From Patescibacteria group bacterium (lineage in GTDB: Bacteria; Patescibacteriota; Minisyncoccia; UBA6257; JAAZHW01), in NCBI GenBank assembly GCA_026415775.1, contig JAOAGL010000001.1, forward strand, positions 414,831 to 478,830: DNA of 64,000 nucleotides. Direction: 5' to 3'. The notes under the pieces are model-generated. The model did not search any database. It was not told the DNA's origin and saw only the letters and a list, made by a program, of their open reading frames with translations. Each line of letters opens with the position of its first letter. Position 1 is the stretch's first letter. The translations under genes were made by a program, and so were the position numbers. Below are positions 10,070-19,944 of the stretch, in pieces.

Positions 10070-11230
10070 CTATTTTTTAATAATTCTTCTAATTTGGGGG
10101 CTCAATCTAATTAATATCTCATAAGGAATAGTTTCTCCCATTTTGGCTATCTGATAACATGAATTTGCTTTATTCTGCTCTGGGGAAATTACTTCAACCT
10201 CATCTTCTATTTTTAAGCCATCAATCTCTGACACATCAACTATTGTTAAATTCATGCTTACTCGTCCTATAATTTTTAAAGGGGTATTATTAAAATAAAA
10301 ATAGCCTCGATTACTCAAAAATCTTGGCACGCCTTCATAATAACCACAAGCTACCACAGCAATGCGAGTATCTTTATCAGCAATCCAAGTAAATCCATAT
10401 CCAACACCTTCTCCCTTTTTAATGACTTTTATGTTCACTATCTTTGCATAAAATGACAGAATTGGTTTAATTTTTAAATTTTGTTCCGCCGAATTATCAA
10501 TGCCATAAATACCTCCCCCAATCCGCGCTGAATTATTTTCTATATTTGGGAAATTATTTATTGTTGGAGTGGCTAAAAGATGGAAAAAGTGATTTTGATA
10601 ATTTAAAATTTTCTTTTTATAAATTCCGATGGCCTTATTCCAATTTTCAAAATGCTGTTTGTTAAGATGTTGATTCTCGCTAGGCAAGGCCAAATGCGAC
10701 ATTATTCCTTCAATTTTTAAATGACGATTTCTTTGTAAAACTTCTATGGTTTTCTCTAAATCTTCAATAAAAATTCCATGGCGATGCAAACCAGTATCAA
10801 CTTTAATATGAATAGTTAAAGGAAAATTAATCTGATTTTTTAAATCATTTGCTTGATCTAACGAATTAACCACCAGAATAGCATTTAATTTTTTTAAATC
10901 CTTTAAGATTAATCGCGGCACATAACCAACAATAATAACTGGTTTTTTAATATTATTATTTCTTAAAATTTTTGTCTCCATTATACTATCTACCACAAAA
11001 TGGGAAATATTTTTATTCCCATCCAAAAAACCGCCTATTTCTTTAAGGCCGTGTCCATACGCATTACTTTTTAAAACTGCGGCTAAATAAGGTATTTTGA
11101 AATGGTTTTTGAAAAAAATTATATTTTCTTCTAATTGCTTACCATCAATTTCTATTCTCAGCAAATTTCTTTGCGAATCATATTTTTTAAATGAATCCCT
11201 TATTTCTCGCAATAAATTTATTAAGCGCAT
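10070..11230 (-). CDS. alr: Alanine racemase
   Basis: AVLKSNAYGHG PLP lysine motif, HIKVDTGLHRHG, GVGYG, IIGRVSMN, TIPYEIL. Confidence 0.93.
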   Translation of the reverse strand: MRLINLLREIRDSFKKYDSQRNLLRIEIDGKQLEENIIFFKNHFKIPYLAAVLKSNAYGHGLKEIGGFLDGNKNISHFVVDSIMETKILRNNNIKKPVIIVGYVPRLILKDLKKLNAILVVNSLDQANDLKNQINFPLTIHIKVDTGLHRHGIFIEDLEKTIEVLQRNRHLKIEGIMSHLALPSENQHLNKQHFENWNKAIGIYKKKILNYQNHFFHLLATPTINNFPNIENNSARIGGGIYGIDNSAEQNLKIKPILSFYAKIVNIKVIKKGEGVGYGFTWIADKDTRIAVVACGYYEGVPRFLSNRGYFYFNNTPLKIIGRVSMNLTIVDVSEIDGLKIEDEVEVISPEQNKANSCYQIAKMGETIPYEILIRLSPQIRRIIKK

Positions 11231-11258
11231 ATTTCAATTTAATTATAAAAAATAATGA

Positions 11259-11297
11259 ATAAAATAAAAGCCGACTTCTCGTCGGCTTTTATTTTAT
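11259..11297. terminator. Intrinsic terminator
   Basis: ATAAAATAAAAGCCGAC-TTCTC-GTCGGCTTTTATTTTAT. Confidence 0.8.
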
Positions 11298-11309
11298 CTT
11301 TACCTTCTA

Positions 11310-12296
11310 TTAAAATAACTGCATTTTCATCTGTTCTTTCAACTCTTTAATTCTATCCTGCAAATTTTTTATTTGATTCTTAATTTCCTCTCTTAAACTA
11401 TTATCTTTTTGTTGATTTTGTATTTTTAATTCTTTTTTGAAAAATGGCCTGCCATCATTTCCAACCAAAATTTGCTCTGCAGTTAATTGATTAGCGACTT
11501 TATCATACTCGCCTCTTACAATAACTTTATCGCCATTTTTTAAATCAGCAAATGTGATTGTAGTTGAGGTGCTCATCGGACAATTAATTGGCGGGTAGAT
11601 TTGGATGCAAGCCACGCCTTCAGTTTTGATAATCCGTGTATCATTGGTTACTGCAACATTGATAAGTTCATTTTGTTCGGTTAATAAAGAAAAACTGAAA
11701 TTTCCAAGATTTTGAATTAGGCCTTTAAAAATAGTCAAATGTTTTTGCAAGGATAGGTTCCGCACTGTTTGAGCATAGATGATAAGTGGGGCCTCTTCGG
11801 TAATAAAACCGTAAACATTTACAATATCACCCACCACAAAATCATCCACGTCGCCGCTAATCCATTGGGATTTTAATATTTTTGCCTTGCTTAAATTAAC
11901 CTTGTATTCGATTCCAAAAATTTTAATGGAAATTTCATTCGAACCTACAGCTGTTACTTGCGCGGCCTTAATCAAAACCTCCACTTCTCCTTTGTTTTCC
12001 ACATTAGGACAACCTCCTACTAATCTACAAATAATTCTTCCTTTAATTTCGTTAATGGACAACGATTGTTTAAGATCCTTCTCGGAAATATTTTTTATAT
12101 TAGGTATAATAGAAGGAGTAGGTGTGATGGTGGAGGTAGTAGTTGGTGTTGGCGTAGGAGTTAATGTTGGAGTGGGACTAGGGGTAACAGAGGGTGTGGC
12201 GGTTGGAGTTGGAGTTGACTCTTGCGCAAAAACAACATTAAAAACTAAAATAGATAGAATTGTTACGGATAGGAAAATACTTGTTTTTTTAGTCAT
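11310..12296 (-). CDS. Secreted protein with PT linker and DUF5666-like OB-fold repeats
   Basis: Signal peptide (VFAQ), TPTP run, two xxGDxVxVxG repeats, C-terminal coiled coil. Confidence 0.7.
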   Translation of the reverse strand: MTKKTSIFLSVTILSILVFNVVFAQESTPTPTATPSVTPSPTPTLTPTPTPTTTSTITPTPSIIPNIKNISEKDLKQSLSINEIKGRIICRLVGGCPNVENKGEVEVLIKAAQVTAVGSNEISIKIFGIEYKVNLSKAKILKSQWISGDVDDFVVGDIVNVYGFITEEAPLIIYAQTVRNLSLQKHLTIFKGLIQNLGNFSFSLLTEQNELINVAVTNDTRIIKTEGVACIQIYPPINCPMSTSTTITFADLKNGDKVIVRGEYDKVANQLTAEQILVGNDGRPFFKKELKIQNQQKDNSLREEIKNQIKNLQDRIKELKEQMKMQLF

Positions 12297-12409
12297 ATAA
12301 TATCATTTTATTTCGCCCTTTTATATTATTCTATTATAATTATTTATTTATTATTTACAAATATTTTTAGATATTGCCAAAAAACTTAAAATGTGATATA
12401 ATTAAATAT

Positions 12410-13429
12410 ATGGGTAATAAACTCCAAAAACAAATATCAAATTACCTCATTCCACAAGTGGATAATGAATTTCAACCTCATTCTTTAAGAACAAAGTCGG
12501 TGTTTTGGATTTTTATTGCCATTCTACTTTTAGAAAATTTCTTCTTTTTATTAGCTTATTATTTAATTCCTTCTTCTGATTTTCTCGCCTCGCTTATTTC
12601 TACCAGCATTGTTCAATATACCAATCAATATCGCCTAACTTCAAATGCACCCCAGTTAGTTATTAATCCTTTGCTTAACGAAGCAGCACGTCTTAAAGCC
12701 GAAGATATGGCCCAACGAGGATATTTTAGCCATAATAGTCCGGATAATATTACGCCTTGGGAATGGTTAAAAAAAGTTGGATATGATTACCTTTATGCCG
12801 GCGAGAATTTAGCTCTTAATTTTACCGATTCCCAAGAAGTAGTTGAGGCTTGGCTTAATTCAGAATCACATCGTCAAAATTTATTAAATCCTAATTTTAA
12901 AGAGATTGGCATAGGCATTGCAAAAGGCACTTATAAAAATCAACCAGCAATTTTCATTGTTCAATTTTTTGGCACACCAAAATTATTAGCACAACAAACA
13001 CCAGCAACTCCATCTAATTCTAATAATTTAGTTTCATCTCCCACCCCAGCAATAAAAATTCAACCCTCACCAAAATTAACCCCTTCACCAATTGTTACTC
13101 CAACACCAGAACAAAAATTTATTACAACAACCCCTCAAGTTTTGGCTATTTCCCCCATCGCAACAACATCTGCGATGCCTAGTATTAACCCCACATCCTT
13201 CTGGGCATTAATCCTTCAAAAAGTAGTTGCCAATCCAAAAAGTTCTCTTAATTCCTTATTGGAATTCTTCGCTATCTTTATTATCATTGCTCTTTGTCTA
13301 AAAATATTTATTAAAATTGATATTCAATATCCGACACTCATTATTAATGGTGTCTTAATCTTAATCGTTATTATTTTCGCCTGTTGGTTAAATAATTATA
13401 TCTTTAATCTCTGGCCGCAAATAATTTAA
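12410..13429 (+). CDS. CAP (SCP) domain membrane protein
   Basis: KAEDMAQRGYFSH, YAGENLA, AWLNSESHRQNLLNPNFKEIGIG; ATG at 12410 follows TATAAT. Confidence 0.9.
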   Translation: MGNKLQKQISNYLIPQVDNEFQPHSLRTKSVFWIFIAILLLENFFFLLAYYLIPSSDFLASLISTSIVQYTNQYRLTSNAPQLVINPLLNEAARLKAEDMAQRGYFSHNSPDNITPWEWLKKVGYDYLYAGENLALNFTDSQEVVEAWLNSESHRQNLLNPNFKEIGIGIAKGTYKNQPAIFIVQFFGTPKLLAQQTPATPSNSNNLVSSPTPAIKIQPSPKLTPSPIVTPTPEQKFITTTPQVLAISPIATTSAMPSINPTSFWALILQKVVANPKSSLNSLLEFFAIFIIIALCLKIFIKIDIQYPTLIINGVLILIVIIFACWLNNYIFNLWPQII

Positions 13430-16164
13430 TTGATTAGTTTTTGTTTTATAAAATAGTATTTTGACACTTCAATCATTGTTAAATTAAGAACGCCAAACAT
13501 TATCAAAATTATCCATTCAATATAATTTAACGGCGTTGTTTTAAGCAACCAATTGAAAAATGGTAAATATACAGCCGAAACTAAAACCAAAAAACAACTT
13601 AATACTGTTATTATTAAATATTTGTTATTAAAAATGCTGTATTGCCAAATATTTTTGCGTAAATTTTTACAACTAAAGATAAAAAAGAAGGAATCAATAG
13701 CTAAACCCACAAACATTATAGTTCTAATTCTTTCCAGTGGATAATCAATTTTCAATAAATAATAAAATAAAAAGAAAAGAACTAAATTCGTCAACATTCC
13801 TACTATAAAAATTATAAACTTCATCTCTTTGTTCAACAATGGCAAAACAGGACTTTCTGGTTTTCTTCTCATAATGTTTTCTTCTTTTGGTTCAAAAGTC
13901 AAAGATAAAGATGGAGGAGTTGATTCAATTAAATTTTTCCAAAGAATTTGAGCTGATAAAACTGGTAGCGGCAAACCAAAAATTACTGATAAACCAATTA
14001 AAACCAACTCGGTAAAGCCACCCGTCAATAGATAAGTTAGAGTTTTTCTAATATTATCAATTATATGCCGCCCTTCTTCTACGGCTAAAATAATAATGGA
14101 AAAGCTATCATCTAGTAAAATTAAATCAGCTGATTCTTTAGCAATAGCAGTTCCCGAACCCAAAGCAACTCCAATATTTGCTTTTTTTAAAGCCAAGGCA
14201 TCATTAACTCCATCACCTGTCATTGCCACAATCTCTCCTTTTTGTTGAAGAGCTTCAATAATTTTTAATTTTTGTTGCGGTTCAACGCGAGCATATAAAT
14301 TAATACTTCCCACTTTCTTTAAAAAATCTTCTTCTTCCATTGTTGCCAATTCCTTGCCTTCGATGATTGCTGAATCTTTAATTTCTAATCCTATTTCTTT
14401 GGCTACTGACAAAGCTGTATTTTTATGATCACCAGTAACCAAAATTACTCTCATACCTGCCTCTTTACATTTTTTAATTGCCTCAACCACATCTTCTCTA
14501 ATAGGGTCTTTAAGTGCTATGAAACCCAGAAAAATTCCTGATTTTAATAGTTGTTCTTTAAAATACGATTCGGAATTTTCTGTTTTTTGTTTTTGAAAAT
14601 TTTCTAAATATTTATTTTTGTTTATTTTACAAAAAGCAACACCAACCAATCTTAAACCCTCCATCATTAAATCTTCTATTAATTTATTAATTTTTTTACG
14701 CTCACTTTCGTTTATTTTTTTAATCTGTCCATCATAAAATAAATTTTGTGAAAATTCTAATAAACGTTCTGGAGCTCCTAAATAACTAATGGCAATTTCA
14801 TTTTTATCTATTTCATTAATTGCTGCTGAATATTTATATTGGGGACTAAAAGCTAATTCATCTATTCGTGGATATTTCTTCTCTAATTCATGCTTTTTTA
14901 TCCCCATTTGATATCCCAACTCTACAACTGCTCTTTCTGTAGGACGACCCCTGCTTATCCATTGATGAATAGGATCATCAGGATTTTCTATAAAAGCGTC
15001 ACAAGCAAGAATGGCAGTTTTTAAAATAATTAATTCAGAAGCTTCTCCATCAATATTTAAAAATTTATGCTTTTTTAGTGTATCTCCTATTAAACTCCTA
15101 GTTGGTGTGTAAATGCCCGAAACTTGCATAGTTGCTTTTGTTAAAGTTCCAGTTTTGTCTGTACAAATTACAGAGGTAGAACCCAAAACTTCAGCAGCAA
15201 CAATTTTCTTAACCAATCCTCTCTTTTTAAAAATTTCCCGCATTCCAAAAGTAAAAATAACAGTCACCACCAAAGGCAAACCCTCTGGAATAGCTGCTAC
15301 TGCTGTTGCAACAGAAACCGTCAACATTTCAATAAATGGTCGATTATTTATAATGCCTAAAATAAAGATGCTTAAAACAAAAATAGAAATTATTAATCCT
15401 AAAAATTTACTAAAATATTCTACTTTTCGCTGAAAAGGTGTTTTATCTTTTTCAATATCTTGAAGAATAAAACCTAAATTTCCAAATTCTGTATCTTTTC
15501 CTATAGTAGTAACAACCATTACCCCTCTGCCTTCTTCTACCAATGTTCCCATATAAGCCATATTATCTCTGTCCGCTAATGGTGTATCTTCTGGCAAACT
15601 TTCTGTAGTGCACGATTTTGCCAGCCATTCTCCAGTTAAAATAGATTCATTAATTTTCAAATTATTTGCTTCAATAATTCTACCATCAGCAGGAACGCGC
15701 TGTCCCATTTCTAAAATCACAATATCTCCTGGTACCACTTCTTCTGCTGTAATTTCTTTAATTAATCCTTCTCGTTTAACTTTAGCACTATTTTTTAAAT
15801 ATTTTTGCAATTGTTGAAAAATCTGATTTGTTTTTTTCTCTTGAAAAAATCCAATAAAAGAGTTGATGATTATTGTTCCAAAAATAACAATGCTATCTGT
15901 AAAATCTTTTAAAAATATAGTAATAATCCCACCAATTAATAATATATAAATTAAAGGGCTTTTAAATTGTTTCAAAAAAAGTCTTAATAAATTAGTTTTT
16001 CTATATTCTTCCAATTTATTCAAACCATAAACATCCTGTCTTTTAGCTGCTTCTTTGTCATTTAATCCCGAATTTCTTGTTTGCAAAATAGAAAAAATTT
16101 TTTCACTTTCTAGAGCATGCCAATTTATAGTTTTATTTTTGTTTTTTGTATTATTTAATAACAT
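13426..16164 (-). CDS. Cation-transporting P-type ATPase (P2A-like)
   Basis: PEGLP, DKTGTLT, TGD, GDGVNDA motifs. Confidence 0.93.
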   Translation of the reverse strand: MLLNNTKNKNKTINWHALESEKIFSILQTRNSGLNDKEAAKRQDVYGLNKLEEYRKTNLLRLFLKQFKSPLIYILLIGGIITIFLKDFTDSIVIFGTIIINSFIGFFQEKKTNQIFQQLQKYLKNSAKVKREGLIKEITAEEVVPGDIVILEMGQRVPADGRIIEANNLKINESILTGEWLAKSCTTESLPEDTPLADRDNMAYMGTLVEEGRGVMVVTTIGKDTEFGNLGFILQDIEKDKTPFQRKVEYFSKFLGLIISIFVLSIFILGIINNRPFIEMLTVSVATAVAAIPEGLPLVVTVIFTFGMREIFKKRGLVKKIVAAEVLGSTSVICTDKTGTLTKATMQVSGIYTPTRSLIGDTLKKHKFLNIDGEASELIILKTAILACDAFIENPDDPIHQWISRGRPTERAVVELGYQMGIKKHELEKKYPRIDELAFSPQYKYSAAINEIDKNEIAISYLGAPERLLEFSQNLFYDGQIKKINESERKKINKLIEDLMMEGLRLVGVAFCKINKNKYLENFQKQKTENSESYFKEQLLKSGIFLGFIALKDPIREDVVEAIKKCKEAGMRVILVTGDHKNTALSVAKEIGLEIKDSAIIEGKELATMEEEDFLKKVGSINLYARVEPQQKLKIIEALQQKGEIVAMTGDGVNDALALKKANIGVALGSGTAIAKESADLILLDDSFSIIILAVEEGRHIIDNIRKTLTYLLTGGFTELVLIGLSVIFGLPLPVLSAQILWKNLIESTPPSLSLTFEPKEENIMRRKPESPVLPLLNKEMKFIIFIVGMLTNLVLFFLFYYLLKIDYPLERIRTIMFVGLAIDSFFFIFSCKNLRKNIWQYSIFNNKYLIITVLSCFLVLVSAVYLPFFNWLLKTTPLNYIEWIILIMFGVLNLTMIEVSKYYFIKQKLIN

Positions 16165-16411
16165 ATTTTTATAAAATTTATTATCGCCATCATCCTCTCT
16201 TGAAAAACACTATTAAAAGACGACTGAAGAAATAAATGAAAATTTGTATTAATTCAGCATAACATTTGTTTTTCATTTCTTATTATAATTATAACAAAAT
16301 AATTTCTAATTAACGAAAAACCAAAAAAATCACCCAAAAGCCACAAATTTTTCATTTGCGTTTGTATTCTAAGAGATTTTATCAAAATTTATCTAAACAA
16401 TAAAAAATTGA

Positions 16412-17185
16412 TTAGTTAATATTTTTACAAAATTTAATTTGAGAAGTAATAAACAAAAAACCAACGATTAAAAGAATTGAATTGATTAATTCCCAAATAT
16501 AACTTATAGAATAACCAGCTACCGGCAAAAACCAAAATGCTGGTGGCACGCTTAACATTACAGAATAATTAAAATAATTTAAAAGCGCTCCTAATAAATT
16601 ATTTACAATTAATATTATCGGGCCTATTTTTTGTATTTTTAATAAGTTTGTTTGTTTGTCGAATAAAAGACGCAGGGCAACTAATAAAATAAAAATTCTT
16701 GCTGGAAAAATGAAAATATAATACAATGTCTTCACTGGTATATAATCAGAAAATAATCCTTTGTAGGCAACAAAATAATAAAACATCACAATAAAAGCAA
16801 CTACTGCCCAAGCATGCAAAAAAATAAACACACGTTTTTGACAGAGTTCGGAACATAAAGTTCTTAATACCAAAATAATAAGTATTAAAGCAATAAGATA
16901 TAATGGTAAAGCAACAGCAAAAACCCAATATATTCGTTCCACAACAAATGTGAATCCCAGCAAATTAAGAGCGAAAGGCAATCGTGTCCAATAAACAAAA
17001 AACAAAACTAAAGATATGTATAAAAAAATCCTTTGTTGTTTTTGACTTTTAAGATATTTTATAAAAAAATAAACAGAAAAAGTTAAATCTAAAACAAAAG
17101 CAAGCAAAGAAAAAACAGCTAAAATTGGTTTTGCTTGTAATCCTAATAGCTGAATATTTTTTATAGCAGAAAATATTTTATACAT
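16412..17185 (-). CDS. Orphan polytopic (~7 TM) membrane protein
   Basis: 257 aa almost entirely hydrophobic helices; lies downstream of a riboswitch. Confidence 0.65.
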   Translation of the reverse strand: MYKIFSAIKNIQLLGLQAKPILAVFSLLAFVLDLTFSVYFFIKYLKSQKQQRIFLYISLVLFFVYWTRLPFALNLLGFTFVVERIYWVFAVALPLYLIALILIILVLRTLCSELCQKRVFIFLHAWAVVAFIVMFYYFVAYKGLFSDYIPVKTLYYIFIFPARIFILLVALRLLFDKQTNLLKIQKIGPIILIVNNLLGALLNYFNYSVMLSVPPAFWFLPVAGYSISYIWELINSILLIVGFLFITSQIKFCKNIN

Positions 17186-17212
17186 TTTTATTATAACAGA
17201 CCAATTAAAAAT

Positions 17213-17316
17213 AAAAAATAGACCTAGGAGGTCGCTATTTGCTTAGGCCGGTTACGCCACTAGCTCCACATGGCCCAGGCGTCCATATTACAGGCCATGT
17301 TTCATCGCCTCCTTAT
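17213..17316 (-). ncRNA. c-di-GMP-II riboswitch with intrinsic terminator
   Basis: Minus strand AGGAGGCGATGAAACATGGCCTGTAATATGGACGCCTGGGCCATGTGGAGCTAGTGGCGTAACCGGCCT matches the class II layout (GGAAAC..TGA, stem, GGGCAC-type loop, GAGTTAGTAGTGCAACCG); pseudoknot ACGCC/GGCGT; followed by GACCT-CCT-AGGTC plus T tract. Confidence 0.8.
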
Positions 17317-17319
17317 TTA

Positions 17320-17347
17320 ATTATATATTTTTCTAAACAAATTTCAA
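17320..17347 (-). promoter_or_regulatory. Sigma70-type promoter for the riboswitch transcript
   Basis: TTGAAA-16 nt-TATAAT on minus strand a few nt before the aptamer. Confidence 0.55.
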
Positions 17348-17371
17348 AGAGTTATCCACAGCCCTAATTTT

Positions 17372-19939
17372 CTACTTCTGATGATTTAAATCCAATTGAT
17401 GTTTTTTATAGTATTTTAATTTAACACCCTCGCTAATAATAAAGTATATTGTAACCAACAAAATTACAATGATTACAAATTGAATGGGAACTTTTTGAAA
17501 ATGTAAGATATCAATTCCAAAACTTGTAAAAGGTAAGAAAATAGTAACCAATGTAGCTATCAATCCTAAAAAGATTAATGGATATGATGGCTTGATTGTC
17601 TGATAAAATTTTTGCGTTGTTCGAACAGCAAAGATTAATACCAATTCCGTTAAAATGCTTTCAATAAACCATAAAGTTTGAAGGTTTTTTTCTCCCATAC
17701 GATAAAAAATAGCAAAAAAAATGAAATCAAAAATGGTGCTCACAATAGCCAATCTAATAATTAAAGGTAGCGTTTTTTGCATTTGATAGCTTTTGGGTCT
17801 TTTTAATTCCTTTGTTTCTACATTATCAGTAGCAATAGCAATCATTGGAAAATCGGATAATAAATTAACTACTAAAATTTGAACGGGAAGCATCGGCAAA
17901 AAAGGAATAAATAAAGAAATAAGGGCAATGGAATAAAAATTGCCGAAATTAGAAGCTAATGTTGTTTTGATGTATTTATCTAAATTATTAAAAATTTTCC
18001 GACCATAAGAAATTCCCTCAATAATTACATTAAGATCGTTTTCCAAAAGAATAATATCAGCTATTTCACGAGAAATATCAGCAGCAGTGTTAACGGCAAT
18101 AGCCACATTGGCAAGTTTTAAAGCAGGCGCATCATTAATTCCCTCCCCCAAAAATCCAACTTCATACTTTTTCTGAAGCGATTCAATAATCTTATATTTC
18201 ATTTCTGGCGAAATACGAGCAAAAACATCAATCTCTTCGCAAGTTTTATCAAATTCTTCCGGAGATAATTGTTCCAATTCTTTACCAGTTCTAACCTCAT
18301 TCTTATTAGAGATTAATCCAATTTGATATCCTATATATCCAGCCACCTCTCGACTATCGCCAGTAATCAGCTTAACTCTAACTCCTAATTTTTCTGCTTT
18401 AGTAATTGTTTCTTTAGCTGTCTTTTTTAACGGATCAGCAAAAATTAATAGTCCAAGTAGATTAAAATTATCCTCTGCTTCATTTATGTTTTTAAAAAAT
18501 TCCCCTTCTTTTATTTCCCGATAGGCAACCGCCAAAACACGCCTTCCCTCTTCACCAGCCTCCTTAATCTTTCTTTCAAAAATTGTAAAATCAAATTTAC
18601 CTTCTACAATTTTAGCGGCCTCTATTTTTACTGTTTTTTCAAAAATCTTTTCTGGAGCACCTTTTGCAATAAGAAATCGTCTGCCATCACTACTCTCAAC
18701 CACAATACTGTTAATCAATCTTTTTAAATCAAAGGGGTTTTCGGCAATTAACTTAAATTCTTTCAATTGCGAAGTAAAATTGCTTGCGTGTTTTTCAACA
18801 ATGGCTTTATCAAAAGCATTTTCAATATTTTTTTGTTTTTTTAATAACTCTGTAGAAAGCAATGAAAAAAGAATTGTTTTTTCTATATTATTAGCAAAAA
18901 TTTCATCTAGAGTCATTTTGTTCTCCGTTAATGTCCCTGTTTTATCAGAACATAAAATTTTAATATTGCCTAAATCTTCAATGGCATTCAATCTTTTGAC
19001 TACTACCTTTCGTTTTGCTAATTTTAATGCTCCCTGAGACAACGAAAAAACTACCACCGTCGGTAATGCTTCGGGGAGAATGCTAACAATTAAAGCAATA
19101 CAAAAAATGAGATAATCAAATATATTTTCACAGTTAATAAAAAGACGCAAGATAAAAACAGCTGTAATAAAAAAAACGACCATTTTAATGATTAATCTTG
19201 AAAATCCTAATAATTCTTTTTCATAGAAACTTTTTTTACCAATCTCTTCCACAAGCTTAGAAATTTTTCCTACTGCTGATTCTCTAATATTATTTATAAC
19301 AACCCCCTTTGCTTCCCCATTTATTATTGAAGTACCAGAGAATATAATATTTTTTGCCTCAAAAATTTCTTTTGTAGCAGAAGTCAGTGGTTTTTCGTCT
19401 TTTTCAACAGCTTTGGATTCACCTGTTAAAATACTTTCATCAATAATTAAATTTTTAGCTTCAATAATTCTTAAATCAGCCGGCGCAATATCGCCAGCAG
19501 ATAAAACCACAATATCACCAGGCACCAAATATTTTTTATTAACAATCACCCTTTCCCCCTCTCTAATTACTTTAACATCATTAGGCAAAAAACTTTTTAA
19601 AACTTCTATTACTTTCTCAGCGCGATATTCTTGAACAAAACCCAAAACGACATTAATCACAACAAAAAGAAAAATAAATAAAGAATCTATTATTTCGCCA
19701 ATAATTAACGAGATAGCGCCAGCAATGAATAAAAGATAAGTGAATGGCGATTTAAATTGAGAAAATAAAATATGAAACCATCTTCTTTTTTTGAAAGGAA
19801 GCTCATTAAAACCAAATTTTAATAAACGTTCGGTTACTTGTTTTTCTGTTAATCCATTAACCGAGCTCTCCAATAATCTCAAGGATTCTTCTATATTTTT
19901 ATCGGTAAAATCAACAAAATTTAAATTTTTTTTCTCCAT
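17372..19939 (-). CDS. P-type ATPase, MgtA-like (P3B)
   Basis: TGES, PEALP, DKTGTLT, KGAPE, TGD, SNFGN in TM5. Confidence 0.88.
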   Translation of the reverse strand: MEKKNLNFVDFTDKNIEESLRLLESSVNGLTEKQVTERLLKFGFNELPFKKRRWFHILFSQFKSPFTYLLFIAGAISLIIGEIIDSLFIFLFVVINVVLGFVQEYRAEKVIEVLKSFLPNDVKVIREGERVIVNKKYLVPGDIVVLSAGDIAPADLRIIEAKNLIIDESILTGESKAVEKDEKPLTSATKEIFEAKNIIFSGTSIINGEAKGVVINNIRESAVGKISKLVEEIGKKSFYEKELLGFSRLIIKMVVFFITAVFILRLFINCENIFDYLIFCIALIVSILPEALPTVVVFSLSQGALKLAKRKVVVKRLNAIEDLGNIKILCSDKTGTLTENKMTLDEIFANNIEKTILFSLLSTELLKKQKNIENAFDKAIVEKHASNFTSQLKEFKLIAENPFDLKRLINSIVVESSDGRRFLIAKGAPEKIFEKTVKIEAAKIVEGKFDFTIFERKIKEAGEEGRRVLAVAYREIKEGEFFKNINEAEDNFNLLGLLIFADPLKKTAKETITKAEKLGVRVKLITGDSREVAGYIGYQIGLISNKNEVRTGKELEQLSPEEFDKTCEEIDVFARISPEMKYKIIESLQKKYEVGFLGEGINDAPALKLANVAIAVNTAADISREIADIILLENDLNVIIEGISYGRKIFNNLDKYIKTTLASNFGNFYSIALISLFIPFLPMLPVQILVVNLLSDFPMIAIATDNVETKELKRPKSYQMQKTLPLIIRLAIVSTIFDFIFFAIFYRMGEKNLQTLWFIESILTELVLIFAVRTTQKFYQTIKPSYPLIFLGLIATLVTIFLPFTSFGIDILHFQKVPIQFVIIVILLVTIYFIISEGVKLKYYKKHQLDLNHQK

Positions 19940-19944
19940 GTTGC

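Noticed and set aside
17221-17313. Fluoride, purine or ZTP riboswitch, or an SD-led leader peptide (MACNMDAWAMWS)
   Set aside because: Only short fragments match those classes, while the full motif order fits c-di-GMP-II; the AGGAGG is explained as aptamer sequence
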